Source: Callorhinchus milii
Lineage: Eukaryota
Assembly (NCBI RefSeq): GCF_018977255.1
Contig: NW_024704745.1
Location: 26,722,001 to 26,786,000 of the forward strand
Direction: 5' to 3'
DNA length: 64,000 bases
Made by a program: the position numbers and the translations under genes. Shown piece by piece: positions 51,531 through 64,000 of the stretch. How positions within the stretch are numbered: position 1 is the first letter of the stretch; every line of letters begins with the position of its first letter. Under the pieces are notes generated by a model, which had not been told where the DNA came from, made no database searches, and saw only the letters and a program-made list of their open reading frames with translations.

Positions 51531-52079
51531 TGTATATATTTAAAGCAAATCTGTAGACTAAAATATGTTTTATTTCCCCCAGAATAGCAAATGTGTGCCA
51601 CAGAGTCCCACTAAATGTGGTTGCTGCTATGTTAATTAACTCTTTCGAAAATAACTGAATGAGTAATTACTTGAGCAGTATTGGAGTATATATGGAGAAG
51701 AAATTCTCACTCTAATCTGTAGATTTATGGATCAGGAGAAGATAAGATGCTCTCAGTAGTCAAGCTCCTTCCATTTACTGATCTGCAGAAAAACATCCCA
51801 AATATATTATTGAGCTGTCAGAAGCATTGTTCAAACTGGAAATGAGGCATTGTACTTCTAATACAAAATATAATGAGAGATACCAGTTGATTCCCACACT
51901 CCCCAACTACCCATGGAAGCAATCATCAGGTAATTTAGAAACGCACCTTTCTCACAATTGTCATTAATTTTCTGAAATAGTCAATATACCAATTATAAAA
52001 ATTGGTCTGCAAATTAAAAGGTGGCTTCTGCCTAGATTTTGGGTTCAAATTCATCAAATATTCATCAAACATTCAAAGT

Positions 52080-54733
52080 ATTGCCTGCAAAATACAGTCA
52101 TTTCACCCTATAGTAAATCCTGTGAAGCACTTTCGGATGTCCTCCAGATCAGAAAAGCATTATATTGAATGCAAGGATTATTATTATTAATGTACTTTTA
52201 AACCAACCAATAAGTTTTATTTGGACCAGATATTTTCTGATAAATTTCTGTTTTTGAAGTCTGCGATTTGACAATAAATTTCAGCGAATCCTTTATCTAA
52301 TCAAGCTTCTTGACAAATTACCAATGAGTTTCACAATTACTCAGTTTTATCAACAAAGTGGACATTTTGCTAAAGATGTGTCCTGAAATAAAATGGATCA
52401 AATATCCCTATTTATATGGCACTGGTTAAAGCATGTAAGCACAAAGCTATTTCCAGAGCTTTTTATGATCACATTTTTCACAAAAGGAATGACATTTCCC
52501 TACAACCAGAAACAATCAAGCTGAGTTGTCGGCAACTGTCAAAATAAACACCAAATCTGTGCTCTTTTCAACTGCCACAGCTTTAATCACAGACAATTTA
52601 CACCATGAAATAATCGCCAATGTAACACCAAAGAGAAGGATTCTTATTTCTGATATTTTTCTGTGGATATTTATTTTGCACACATACAGCTGCTTTTCTA
52701 CAGGTGCTAAAATGGGGCAAATGTTCATCACATACGCATTTTGAAATGGCTTTATACACCAAATGAATCAACTAATGGCATCTAACTTCTAAAAATCCTC
52801 AGAAGTGGTTTGTTTGATCTGCTAGCAACTGCTATTGCACTTCTTTTAACAATACGCACTTGCTAATATGTCTCGGAGGACTGCTTGTGTCGTTAATCTG
52901 TTGTCTGCAATCTGTACATTAGAAGGCGTCAACTTAATGCCAAGACACTATGTAAAACAAGTATTCAAAATAAGCCTCTTCGTTCAATGTCATCATTTAA
53001 TGAGGTATTACTTGCATCAAGACTGATTTCTCTGAAATGATTTACAGTGGTTGCTCCACATTTTATACTCTTACTTCACTATCTGGTAAGTGGTACAGTA
53101 ATTTGAAAGCTGTGAAATATAGACTCCATTAGATATACAGACACAGCTTTGTAAAGTAAACTGTTATACCAGGGTGGTGTAGTTTTTCTTTATGCAAGAG
53201 AACCATATGACACAAGGGCAATGGAAGAATAAAATAACCCATTGTTGTTTCCAGAATGTAGTTTATGCCTAAATGTAGGTTTCTACTACTGTTTGTAAAC
53301 AAAACAATTAAAATTGATGATTCAAATTCCACAAAAGTGATTTTTATTGAATGGAAATAAAGGAAGTTATTCTACTCCACTCTATGGCAGTAGCAATCAT
53401 TTTGATGTGAGTGGAAAAAATCCTAATTAAATAAGTAAACTAGATGCAATAGTATTTTTAGTAAGAATTGCTATTTTATAAAAAAGGACAATTTAGAAAT
53501 AATAATTGTCCTTCTATTTGGTGTATTGACCAACAGTTACCCAAATAAAATTCATCATTCGCTCTGTGGCTGTTTGTGTGACATTGCTGTATGCTATTGA
53601 CTGCTGCATTCTCACACACAGTCCTATTATTTTACAGTACATCCTGTGAAGTGGGTTGAAATGCCTTGATGATGTGACGAGGTGCTATATCAAATATAAC
53701 AATACTTATTGTTATTATATAGTGCATTTTTGCACAAAAAAGTCTCAAAGTACAATGACTGTATTTGTAAGCAAATGTGGCAGCCAATTTGTGCCAATTT
53801 TGTCCCGCAGGTATGTATGATCCTATTCTAAACATGAGTTCACTTTGTACTATATTTTTCTTCCATGATATTCAGTCAAGCCAAAAATTACATTCTAAAA
53901 CCTTGAATTCTGGAAAGTCCATATTTTTACTTGAGTACTCATAACTATTAACATGTACAGAAAAAGCAAGTTGGTCAATCATTTGGTGTTGTCTAAAAAG
54001 TGAATATGAGTTTATTTAAGACCAGCGCAACATTCTTACTTGAAATGATATTTGTTTTTAAATGATGCAAACTTTACTTTCTATATTTTCTCCAGACTAA
54101 TTTCAACGGATTTGAGTATAAAGTATTGGAAATGATTCTCTTCCTAGTGATAATATGAACTCATACCGAATGCTATATCACGAGGTCTATCTGGGTAAAA
54201 GTGCAAATATGTAGCCGAATGCTGGTTTAAATTTTCCGGCACAAGTTTAACTGGGTGATAAAACATTTTTATCGCCAGGGGCTTAAGAACAGCGATTAGG
54301 TCTGGATCCATTTAATTTTAGCCATGCAGCAATTTTCCAGTCCTTCATCGTGGAATTACCTGGATTTTTTTTCAGTTACATTTACAGTAAACCTTGGCTT
54401 TATACCAGTCATTGCACTGAAAGCTTTTTTATTTTGATACTTATCATTGTATTAAAATTAGGTAACTCTGCTGGAATATTGCAAGGGGGAAGATTATCTC
54501 AACAGTACAGAGTGAAAGTATTGTGTTTTAAATCCTGGCAACTCACTTTGTATTGTATTACTGCAATGCATTATTCTGAATGTGCACTTACTGAGTGTGT
54601 ACAAAAATATAAAGTCAAATCAAATATTAAAAAAAGAGTCAATTCACTTTGCAGTATATTCTGTGAAATGTTTTGACACATCGCAATGCCATGATAAGGC
54701 TCTGATTCAAATGCAGGTATTATTATTATTATT
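52080..54733. mobile_element. Scattered DeuSINE 3' fragments: 52080-52190 (+), 53520-53710 (+), 53711-53800 (-), 54636-54733 (+)
   Basis: Three carry ctgtgaa(g/a)...aatgca-type tail text; 53711-53800 carries the reverse Deu motif tggcagccaatttgtg. The span includes unique DNA between fragments. Confidence 0.65.
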
Positions 54734-55039
54734 CTTGTGTAATATGGATGTGGATGACTTAAATAAGATTTTCGCAACTGGCATCAGTCAGGAATGCTCC
54801 AAGTGAATATTCTATAATTATAGGAAGCTTTAGGAAAAAAGGTAAACTCTGGAATGAAATAGAACTACTGAACTAAATGGCTTTTATTCATACTTCTTTT
54901 ATGCTCCTCTATACATAATGTTGGCTTAATTTTTCCATGAGTGACTTTTTGCCTTGCAATTTAAGGGCATTACATTTACCAATGTCATAGATCACCAGAA
55001 CCATTCAAAGAGTATACAAACAGTATACAAATAGTATAA

Positions 55040-55612
55040 AAGAATATACAGCAGGGAAACAGACCACTCGGTCCAACCAGTCCATGCTCATGTTTATACG
55101 CCACAGAAGTCTTCATCCATTCCTTTCTCCTTCCCATAACCCTTCTCTTCCTATCTCCCTTGTGTGAAGGTCAAGATTCGTCTTGAATGCATCTACACTA
55201 ACTGATCCAACCACCACTTCAAGCAGCAAATTCCACTATCTGACTACCCTCTGCCTGAAAGTTTCTCCTAAATTCTCTTTTAGATCCCCGATTTGCTATC
55301 TTATATTTGTGTCACCTGGTTACCGACTCACTGTATTCCATTTGTCTATTTTATTTGTTAGATCTTCAAAGAAATTGATAAATTTGGTCAAACATGACTT
55401 TTCTTTTGTAAATCCATGCTGGCTTCTTTTAATTATATTCTCATTCTCCAGATGAATAGTTATTTTATCTTTTATTATCGATTCTAATATCTTGCTCACA
55501 GCTGAGTCTTGCTTGACCGCAGACTCATGATGATATTACTCTATTAGTGATCTGAAGCACAGGTCTGATGGGCCAAATGGCCTTCTTCTGTGCTGTGAAA
55601 TTCTGTGCTTCC
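55040..55612. mobile_element. Decayed CR1 fragments (- at 55040-55500; + tail at 55555-55612)
   Basis: Reverse strand reads QHGFTKEKSCLTKF and QRVVR.WNLL. tgggccaaatggccttcttctgtgctgt tail. Confidence 0.7.
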
Positions 55613-57449
55613 AAAGTCTTATTGTATACTTGAGTCCTTGTTGCTCACTGAAGGTGAGAAATGTGAGGATAAGTGGTTTTAACAAAAGGTACAAATTGTA
55701 ATCAGCATTTGTTTTTGCACCCTTTTCAGAAAAGGAAATCCTTTACTCTTCCTTGCACCAATGCTTTTTGTCAATCAATGGATACAACGGATCACAGGTT
55801 GGCTACCACTGCAATTGACAATATTGTTTATCTGTTGAAAGCAGAAGCCATGCATGCATTACACAGCATTTTCTTTTCAAAGGAATTGAAAGTCAGCACC
55901 ATTATTGTAATAATTTATATGCATCAAAATGTGATTATTCGTCTATTTATAAGCATTTCTTTAGAAGTCATTGGGGATATAAATGTTCTAAATTCCCATA
56001 ACCAATTTGCATAGCATAACCTCTGCTTCATTTATACTTCTGAAAGAATTCAGTGTAGGAGGTTGATACCTAAGCTGATACTTTATGCATAGAAAATGAA
56101 TTTGCCTATTCAACTATATTCTTCTGTAAAGTCCTTTTTTTTATTACTGATTCAACTTTCCATTAGGCTGAAAATATCTAAAAGCGTACCAGCTCTGAAT
56201 GGTACACCAAACATACCACTTATTACATGAGAGAATAAAACTAACAGAACTAATTTCTGTTTTTGTAATCTGAAATATTTGAACAAAAATATGATTTTTA
56301 CCCATGACAACTTCATACATATACTATCTGCCAAGATATTTCCTATATTTCTTTTCACCATTCCTGCATGGGTGTTTGCTAGTGTATACCACTGACTAAT
56401 ATTGTCACCTTCTTTCTGCTTTCAGTTCAAGAATTGGTGGTTGGCAGTGAACCAAACATAAGCATTGAGACAGAAGTATTTTGGCTTATTCAGGTACGTT
56501 AGGCTAGAACAACCTCTAGAGCTCTCTGCTGACTTAAATTCTGTGGAAATGGCAGAGGACAGAATTATAGGTTCCTTCTGATAAAGAGAGCTGTCAGTGT
56601 TAAAGAAAGGAGACAGGATTGTAGATCGCAGAGACGTTCCTTCAGCTGTTTTTATGCATTTGACTCAGACTGAACTGCTGACCTGAACTCTGACTGACCC
56701 AAACACAACTTCTAGTTCTTGACTGACCATCGTATTTTGAGGTGAACAACATAAAACTGGTTATAATTTTTTTTGTGAAGTTACTTGGATCTAATTTGTG
56801 GGATTTAGAAGAGGTTTTGTAATTAATAAAAATCTTGCATGTACCTGGATAAGCCTCATGCCAACCTGTGGATGTCACTGATCTGCCAGACGCCAGAAGC
56901 CTCAGGCTATAATCTGAATTTATAGAAGTTAGAAATTTGATCAGTGGTGTTTCAACAGATCAATATGAGTTTGTGCAGGATTTGATATTCATGAATACTT
57001 TTAGAAATTCCACACCATTCCATATAGGTGATCATTCCATCCATACAGGTGATCTATGAAGTGAGAAGTACATCTTTATGTTAAAAGCACATTCTTGGAG
57101 AAGCTTGTAGGACACCATCTAAATAACCTGACGTCATCCACGTTCTATAATCCCATTTAATTTAGTGTCAACATTTGTTTGCAGACCAGATTGGATTCTT
57201 GTGTTGCGGCTCTTGATTTTCAAACAGCAGTTTAGGATTGTATTTGTCTATCCCAATAAAGTGAAGGTAATTTATTGTAGCCAATTTAGCATCACACAAA
57301 AAATTCTGAGTGAAGTAAAGAAAAAATAAATGAAGTGTGATGAATACTGGTTATATCGTAATTATTAGTTACTCAGCAATTCTAATAGGCAAAGTTTTTG
57401 CATATGACTTCTTTCAGCTACTTTAAACTGCCTATATTTTCAAAATAAA

Positions 57450-57622
57450 TAACAATAATAAAACACTTGGATTTGATATAGTGTCTTATTACATCATCGA
57501 GACGTCTCAAGGCACTTCACAGAAGATATTGTAAAGTGAACCGACAGTGCATTTTGTAGGCGAAACGCGGCAGCCAATTGCGCACAGCGGTGTCCCACTA
57601 ACAGTTGTAGATTGAGTCGCCA
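57450..57622 (-). mobile_element. DeuSINE 3' half
   Basis: cgaaacgcggcagccaattgcgcacagcggtgtcccac matches the young SINE. Confidence 0.85.
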
Positions 57623-57758
57623 AAAGTGGTGATAGCAATCCAATTTACATTGAGATTATGTTCCAACATCCTTACTCTACTCTATAATCAACAATTACAC
57701 AACTAATAATACAAGAAAAAACAGAAACCCCATGTCCAACACAGTCCTCAATTCTGAC

Positions 57759-57797
57759 GAGTTCTGATGAAAGGTCATCGACCTGAAACGTTATCTC
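57759..57797 (+). ncRNA. Minimal type I hammerhead ribozyme motif
   Basis: gagtt-CTGATGA-a-aggtc/atc/gacct-GAAA-CG-TT-atctc: both core boxes, a 5-bp stem II, a palindromic ACGT helix III, and helix I with 4 of 5 pairs. Confidence 0.65.
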
Positions 57798-57890
57798 ACT
57801 TTTCTCTACATACAGACATACATACATACATACATACATACATACAGACTGACCTGCTGAGTATTCCCAGCGACTTCTGTTTTTATTACA
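57759..57890 (+). mobile_element. Penelope-like element terminus with internal (TACA)n expansion (about 57807-57846)
   Basis: ctgatgaaaggtcatcgacctgaaacgtt...ctgacctgctgagtattcccagc...tctgtttttatt resembles the terminal repeat of fish/shark Penelope-like elements (from recall, not searched). Confidence 0.65.
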
Positions 57891-58529
57891 ATCTTCAATA
57901 ACCTTGGAAAAGGTAACCCTTACAATTGAAAATGCCTTCATTTGGTAAAATGAAAAGCTAAACAACTTTGTTTGGTTAATGAAGGCACAGTGGCAAAGTG
58001 CTGCACAAAAGTACTTACAATTTTTTCCAAAAATGACAACGTTAATGTACATATCTCACTGTTTAAAAGTTACTCATTGTGACAATAATATTCAGATCAT
58101 TGAGAAAATGTGCCCAACGAAGAGAGGCTGTATGACTGCTCAGATACAGTAGCTTGTTCTTGAAGTCTCAGCTCAGTGACCCCTACGTCCGGCATCTAAA
58201 CAGCCACATTTTGATGAAGTAGTCTCTTATCCCTCATTAATTATTTCCAAATTGGAATTGAGAACATTGGAGAATTGGAACATAACAAATGTTGCACCAT
58301 GAGCCAAGAAGTGAGGAAACAAGCAAAGCAAGCAGCTTTAAAAGATTGCAGGTTTAACATTAGTGAAACATGCTAGACTTCACTATCAAGAACAGACTAA
58401 ATCAGCACTTGGATAAGTATAAGTTGATCAGGGAGTCAGTGTGTTTTTTTTGGAATGGTAGCCTGGGCCAGTCTTCTGACTGAAGGCTACAGGAGTTCAC
58501 CACCTCCTGCCTCTCAGTGCCAAGCACCA

Positions 58530-58775
58530 CCACACACAGACACAGAGAGAGACACACACACACACACAGACACTCAGAGAGAAAAAGAGTGACAGACACG
58601 CACATTCTCCGAGACAGAGTGACACACAAACACACTCATAGATACACACAGACACAGGAGAGACACACATACACATTCACACAGAGACACTCATAATCAC
58701 ACACACATATAGGAGAGACAGAAACACTCACAAATGCATACATACAGATGAGAGAGAGACACAGACACATACAAG
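58530..58775. repeat. Degenerate (CA)/(GA) microsatellite tract
   Basis: Interleaved cacacaca/gagagaga/gacaca units. Confidence 0.9.
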
Positions 58776-58869
58776 AGGCTCAGGGCCAGAAACTTTGTTT
58801 ATAGCGGGTTTGTAGCACAGTCCATGGCAAAATTGTGGCTGCACTTTTCTGTTGGCCCAGGTGATAACA

Positions 58870-59735
58870 AGCTTAAGAGTGTTTTGACCAAATCACTAAG
58901 GTGGTAGGTGCAGAAGAATTAGTGGATGTAGGAAATAAAATTCTATGTTAAAGACAGCAGAAACTTGCAATAGAGGATTGACAGAGTAAATAAATGGCCA
59001 GAATCAGGTCAGACCAAACATTGTATGAGTTGGTACACTGTTGATATGATGGTAAGTGGAAATTAATTCTAAATAAGAAACAACTTGAAATAAAAATGTT
59101 CAAAGAGATTTAGGAGCTCAGGTACATAAGTCATCAAAAGATAGTTTAGAACTGCAGAAAATAATAAAAAAATCTAAAAGGAAGCTGGGTTTTATTGCAA
59201 TAGGCAGAAAAATAAAAAATAAAAAAACTCAAGTTATAATGAACCTCATTTGAATTATTGTATTCAATTTGGGTATTTCACTTTAGGAAGAATATAATTG
59301 CCTTGAAGGAAGTTTAGCATTCACTAAGAAGGTACCTGGAATAATGGCACTTAGTTGTAATATGAGGCTGGATCACTTGGACTATATTCCAGAGAATTCA
59401 CAAGCTGAGGAAGGAACTGACAAGGTCGACACCTTCACTCTAGTATGTGGAAACCCAGAACTAAAGATCTGAATGAAATCTAATACTGTTAAAGATAATC
59501 CAGAAAACACTTTGTCACATGAAAGGTTGTGATAATGTTGAAATCAGCCCCACAAGAAACCCATAGATGCAGAATCATTTTGTATTTAAAAGGGAGATAG
59601 ATGCTTGAGAAATAAAGGTTTTAGGGGATAGAGGGAAAATGTAGGGATATGGGAAAAGGGAAAAGAGTTGCATGCACATAACAATGGAGCAAACATAATG
59701 GACCCAATGGTTCACTCCTGTTCTTACGCTTCTAT
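58870..59735 (+). mobile_element. Old decayed CR1 3' ~0.85 kb
   Basis: QRDLGAQVHKS, PHLNYCIQFG..FRKNIIALKEV and KTLCHMKG remnants, plus a tail-like aatggttcactcctgttctta. Confidence 0.75.
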
Positions 59736-61394
59736 CTCATGTAATAGGTATTATGTAGGACAGTTCTTGCTCAGTCATACATTCCAGCAGGTTACCATGT
59801 CCTGTGGCAGACAATGTTTTAGCAGACCTTCTTCTGTCAGCACTGTTGTTTTGTTGTTGGCTTGGGTAGAGTGTTGAAAACATGAGCAGATGTTTCAAGC
59901 AGTGCCAGCAGTACTAGAAACTGCTCTGGAATCCTCTGGGATGTTACACGTCGCCAAATTACACATGAGTAAGAAACACTGCACAGGATCATGACCTCCA
60001 TTTACTTGCCTCATATTGTTCCCGATTTTAGTCACCAACCTTTCTATCGTTGAATGATTGTGTCCAAATGATGAAACAGTGATTCTATTGTCTCTTGAAT
60101 GTTAAGAGCCATATGATTCTTTTGAAATGATGCATCTTGAAGCAATGCCAAAGTATGCAACTGACTGCCAGAGCACCTGATGGAACCTGCTGTCTCCACT
60201 TTAAAACTCACTCACTGTGTAGCTGTCAGGCTTTGCACTGCATGCACTACTGATAATTCACATAACAGTGGTAAAATGGGCCAACTTCCCTCCCACGTGT
60301 TCCCTGAACTGTGAATTTAAGAGAATTATATATGTTGAAAATCATAAAACAGTATAGTATAAATCAACAATCTTCATTGAAGAAACATCTACAATTGATC
60401 ATTTCTTTAAAAAACAAACATCCTTCTCATTGTGCGTTATTACAGATCAAAGGTAATTGCTATCCTAAATTAGGAATTTATTCAGAAAACTAGTGCTTGG
60501 CAGAAATTATCTTTGGGTCGCTAATGACTGTTAAATTATGATTAGTTTCCTTCCACTGAAGGGGGTTTGGAACCAGCCTGCAAAAGGCAAGATGACTCAA
60601 ACAGATACAAAGGCAAGAAACTCTGTTTTTTTTCTAGGGATTTCAAGGCACCTTCTCCATTGTCTATGTTGGCACTTGTGGTTGCTCACCACAATACATT
60701 GCCAGGGATAACGTCCAAATCACAAGCTTTGCTGCCATGGAGGGACAGCTCATCAGCATGAACATTTCTAAGATGGGTCATTAAAACTATTATTCCCAGG
60801 TGACTTTTGTTTGCCTCCATGGAAACTCACTAGTTTGGCAATGATTGCAGTTATCCCTGAGTTCTTCTTCTGGATGAAGTACAAAATGTTACGAGATGGT
60901 ATATATTGCTCTGTCCATTTTTGGAATGCACTTGGAATTGCACATTCTCTGTGATGACAGAAATAAAAAGGAAGTGCAGCTATAGGGATGAGAGTGGGGC
61001 TGATATGTCGATTATTATACACTTACCAGAGTAATTTATTTTGCTCCTTCTTCCTTCCAGCCTGTTAACTCAGTGCTTCTGTCAAATTTATCAACATTGA
61101 TAAAAAAAAACTGAGATTCAGGCATCGAAAATAATGGTACTATTGATTTTGAGCCAAGTACAGTAATACCAAAGATTTCTCTCAAAATGTACAAGTAAAG
61201 AAAGCAAAATGATGTACAGTAATACATTTGCATTATCCAAGACAGCAGTGGGCGAAGTCACAAAAATAACAGAAATAACAGAAGCAAAGCAATTCTACTG
61301 TTTTGTTTCAGAAAATCATTTAACCAACTGTTTTTTTCTGGCAGGGAGAGAGATTCAAAATGCATTTGTTGCACTGAATACCTGGGTGGTTACG

Positions 61395-61912
61395 TTCAAA
61401 TCCTCCAGGCTTGATTATGCGTATTCCCTACTCACCAGACTTCCCAACTCTTCTCTCCGCAAGCTGTCGATTATTCAGAAGTCTGAAGCTTGTGTCCTCT
61501 CCAGTACTGAGCTCCTGGAGCCAATCACCCCATTCTCAACAAACTTCATTGACTTCCCATCTCCAGTGGACTCAGTTGAAGATCAGCATCCTCTCTTTGA
61601 AAGCCCTCTATAGTTTTCCTTCTCCCTCCCTATGCGACCTACTAAAATCACACCAACCTACCTGCTTCCTCCACCTTTCTGCCCCTGAAACTCCATCCCG
61701 AAATCCCTTTTCTTCATCCCCTTCCTTGCCTCCTTCAAGGCTGGTCTCAAGACCTTCCTCTTTGACCTTGCCTTCGGTCATCCACCCACCCCCATCCTTG
61801 CCCTCCACCCCTCTTGATTCCAACCCCCAGCTCGGGTGCAATCCCCTGACTGTCCAGGATCTTGGGATGTCCTCCTGACGTAAAAGCTGCTATATAAATC
61901 CAATTTGTTGTT
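61395..61912 (+). mobile_element. L2 3' end
   Basis: SSRLDYAYSLLTRLPNSSLRKLSIIQKSEACVL...SFKAGLKTFLFD, with tail gatgtcctcctgacgtaaaagctgctatataaat. Confidence 0.88.
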
Positions 61913-61994
61913 TAGAATGTCTTGTATTATAACATTAATATCTTGACCTAGATATAATAACAAACTGATCATTTATAAATTAAACATTGAATAT

Positions 61995-62444
61995 AATAAA
62001 GCACTTCATCATGTTGTCAAATTTCAAAGCATTTGACTGTAAAGAGTAGTAATTTTGTATTTGTAGATGAAAGCAGCTGCCAATTTGCAGACACTAATGT
62101 CTCACAACTAGCCATGAAGTGAATGATCAATTTTGACGAACTGTTGACAAGGACACTGGAAGGGACTTCCTTCTCTTTCTGAATAGTGGTGTATCATGAG
62201 TTATTTAATATTTACCAAAGCAGGCAGATGGGACCTCAGTTTAATGACTCACTGAAGGATGCCATCTTAACCATCCGATCTATGTCTCAGGTCGATGAAT
62301 TGAGATTTCTGGTAATGCAATGCTCTTCCAGCACTGCAATGCAGAATCAGCCTAGACTATGAGCTCAAATATCCAACATGGAGCTTGAATGCATAACCTT
62401 CTGACTCAAATGCAAAAGTACGACCAACTAAGCCAGGCTGACAC
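61995..62444 (-). mobile_element. Old full-length DeuSINE (SacSINE1-like), with a separate SINE tail at 62553-62622
   Basis: Reverse-strand head gtgtcagcctggcttagttggt...tgagtcagaaggttatgcattcaagc and Deu text ttaaactgaggtcccatctgcctg. Confidence 0.72.
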
Positions 62445-64000
62445 TTACAATCACACTCCAAAACTCCAAATACTGTTGTCACACTTCAAATCCCATTGTG
62501 GCATTACACATTTTGAAGCACAAGAAGATTTCAAGTGCAGTTTGAAATGTGACAATAATAACAATATTCCTTCCATTTGATATAGCGCCTTATCAGGTTG
62601 TTAAAACATCTCAAAACACTGCATTGGAATCAGATTTGAGAGATTTTATAATTTTGTGATTTTAAGTAAGAACATTTCTGGTCCACATCCCAATTGGGTC
62701 GTACCCCCACCCCTGCATTAGTAGATGCAGTGAATTGACTCAAATGTAAAATCAATGAAGGTCGACAATGTGGAGTCCACTTGAAGATCATCTCAAAGAT
62801 GTTTTTATTAAGATTCAACGAGTTGGCCATGGCATATCTGGGATTCTTTTGCAAGTCCTACAATTTTAAGTTAAGTGCTAAGCCGCTTCATTTTTAAAAC
62901 CCCATGTAATAATGCGTACATTTAGCTTCTTTCATATCAGATGTCTCAAAGTTATTCACAGGATATATAATCATGTGACTTTGACTTGCAAGAAGTAGCT
63001 GGAAAAATATCTGAGCAGATATTAGATGTTAGAAGAGTGAGCAACAAAATACTTTGTGAAGCTGTCAGGACAACCTAAGGCATGAAACTGGTCAAAGTTG
63101 ACTAACCTACATTGTAAAGCTACATTAATTTCCCTGAAAATTTTGCTCAATTACATTCAATCTCATTAAAAAAAATCTTCTTGCTTGTGTGATATTCCAC
63201 TTCCATTTTGCCCACAAAACACAGTCACTGCACTTACAGTATATATTGTGAAGCGCTTTGGGACAATCCCCATTTTATTAATCTAAGGATTATGCATTGT
63301 GGTTATTATTAAGTTGAAGAAAATCCATAATAGTGGAAATTGTAAAGAATGGGTTCAATCGGTCAAATCTTGTTTCTTGTCCAAACTTTCCTATATTTGT
63401 AGGTTCATTGTAATCATCTAATCACTTGTAACTTTTTATTATCTGTATATGAGTTCCATATTTATTTCTGCTCTCTTCTTGTACCCAATGAGTGAATTAT
63501 ATTTCTTCACATAGATGTGAACTGGCCTCGATCACACCTATTTTTATCTTTACCAGGGTCCTGGACAATTTGAAAGTTATGAAGAAGGACAGTGAGGAAA
63601 TTGAGACTAAACATAGTCTCTGCAATAATCTGAATTATTTGCTGAATTATAACCAAAATAAAAATCTGTTTTATTTTCCCAGGGTTTAGTGCAGATATGA
63701 TACTATCCAGTCAAGGGGAGATGTATACTGTTGCTATGTTATGCGAGATAAGATAAGGAGGTTACAAGATTTAAAAATACTCGGATTTAGCTCAGTTGTT
63801 CCTTTGCCAGCAAAACCACAAATGTCTGTTTGGTAAAGTGTTACCCAGCATTAGTGATCCAGATGCTGGCAGAATTGCATTGGCTATAGCACTGTCCACC
63901 AGATGTGACTTTCTGCAAGTCACAGGTGATGATATAATTCAACCAATTGTAATGCGCAATATGGAAACAATTGAGTCAGCTTCTGTTTTATTGCACTTTC

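Noticed and set aside
57672-58635. ORFs with VCMYVCMY and CVCVCLSL repeats
   Set aside because: Translations of microsatellites.

Overview
Repeat-rich, gene-poor vertebrate DNA. The repeat content (L2 LINEs, CR1 LINEs, tRNA-headed DeuSINEs and a Penelope-type terminus) points to a cartilaginous fish; this is inference from repeat families only. Most ORFs in the track are decayed L2/CR1 reverse-transcriptase fragments, their antisense frames, or chance ORFs. I found no complete protein-coding gene. There is a plausible + strand terminal exon at 154-222 and weaker - strand exon candidates at 7676-7941 and 23274-23392; I recognise none of them. The most notable observations are: a minimal hammerhead-ribozyme motif in a Penelope-like remnant (57759-57797); two SINEs nested antisense in their own family (15.0-15.7 kb and 39.8-40.3 kb); a head-to-head L2-in-L2 junction near the same homologous codons (about 6.0 kb); a 3' hairpin shared by L2 and SINEs that also occurs as isolated ~65-bp units; an unclassified four-copy repeat family; and a perfect 49-bp direct repeat. 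I cannot support a wholly new biological system from this sequence. Repeat boundaries are approximate, estimated by eye.
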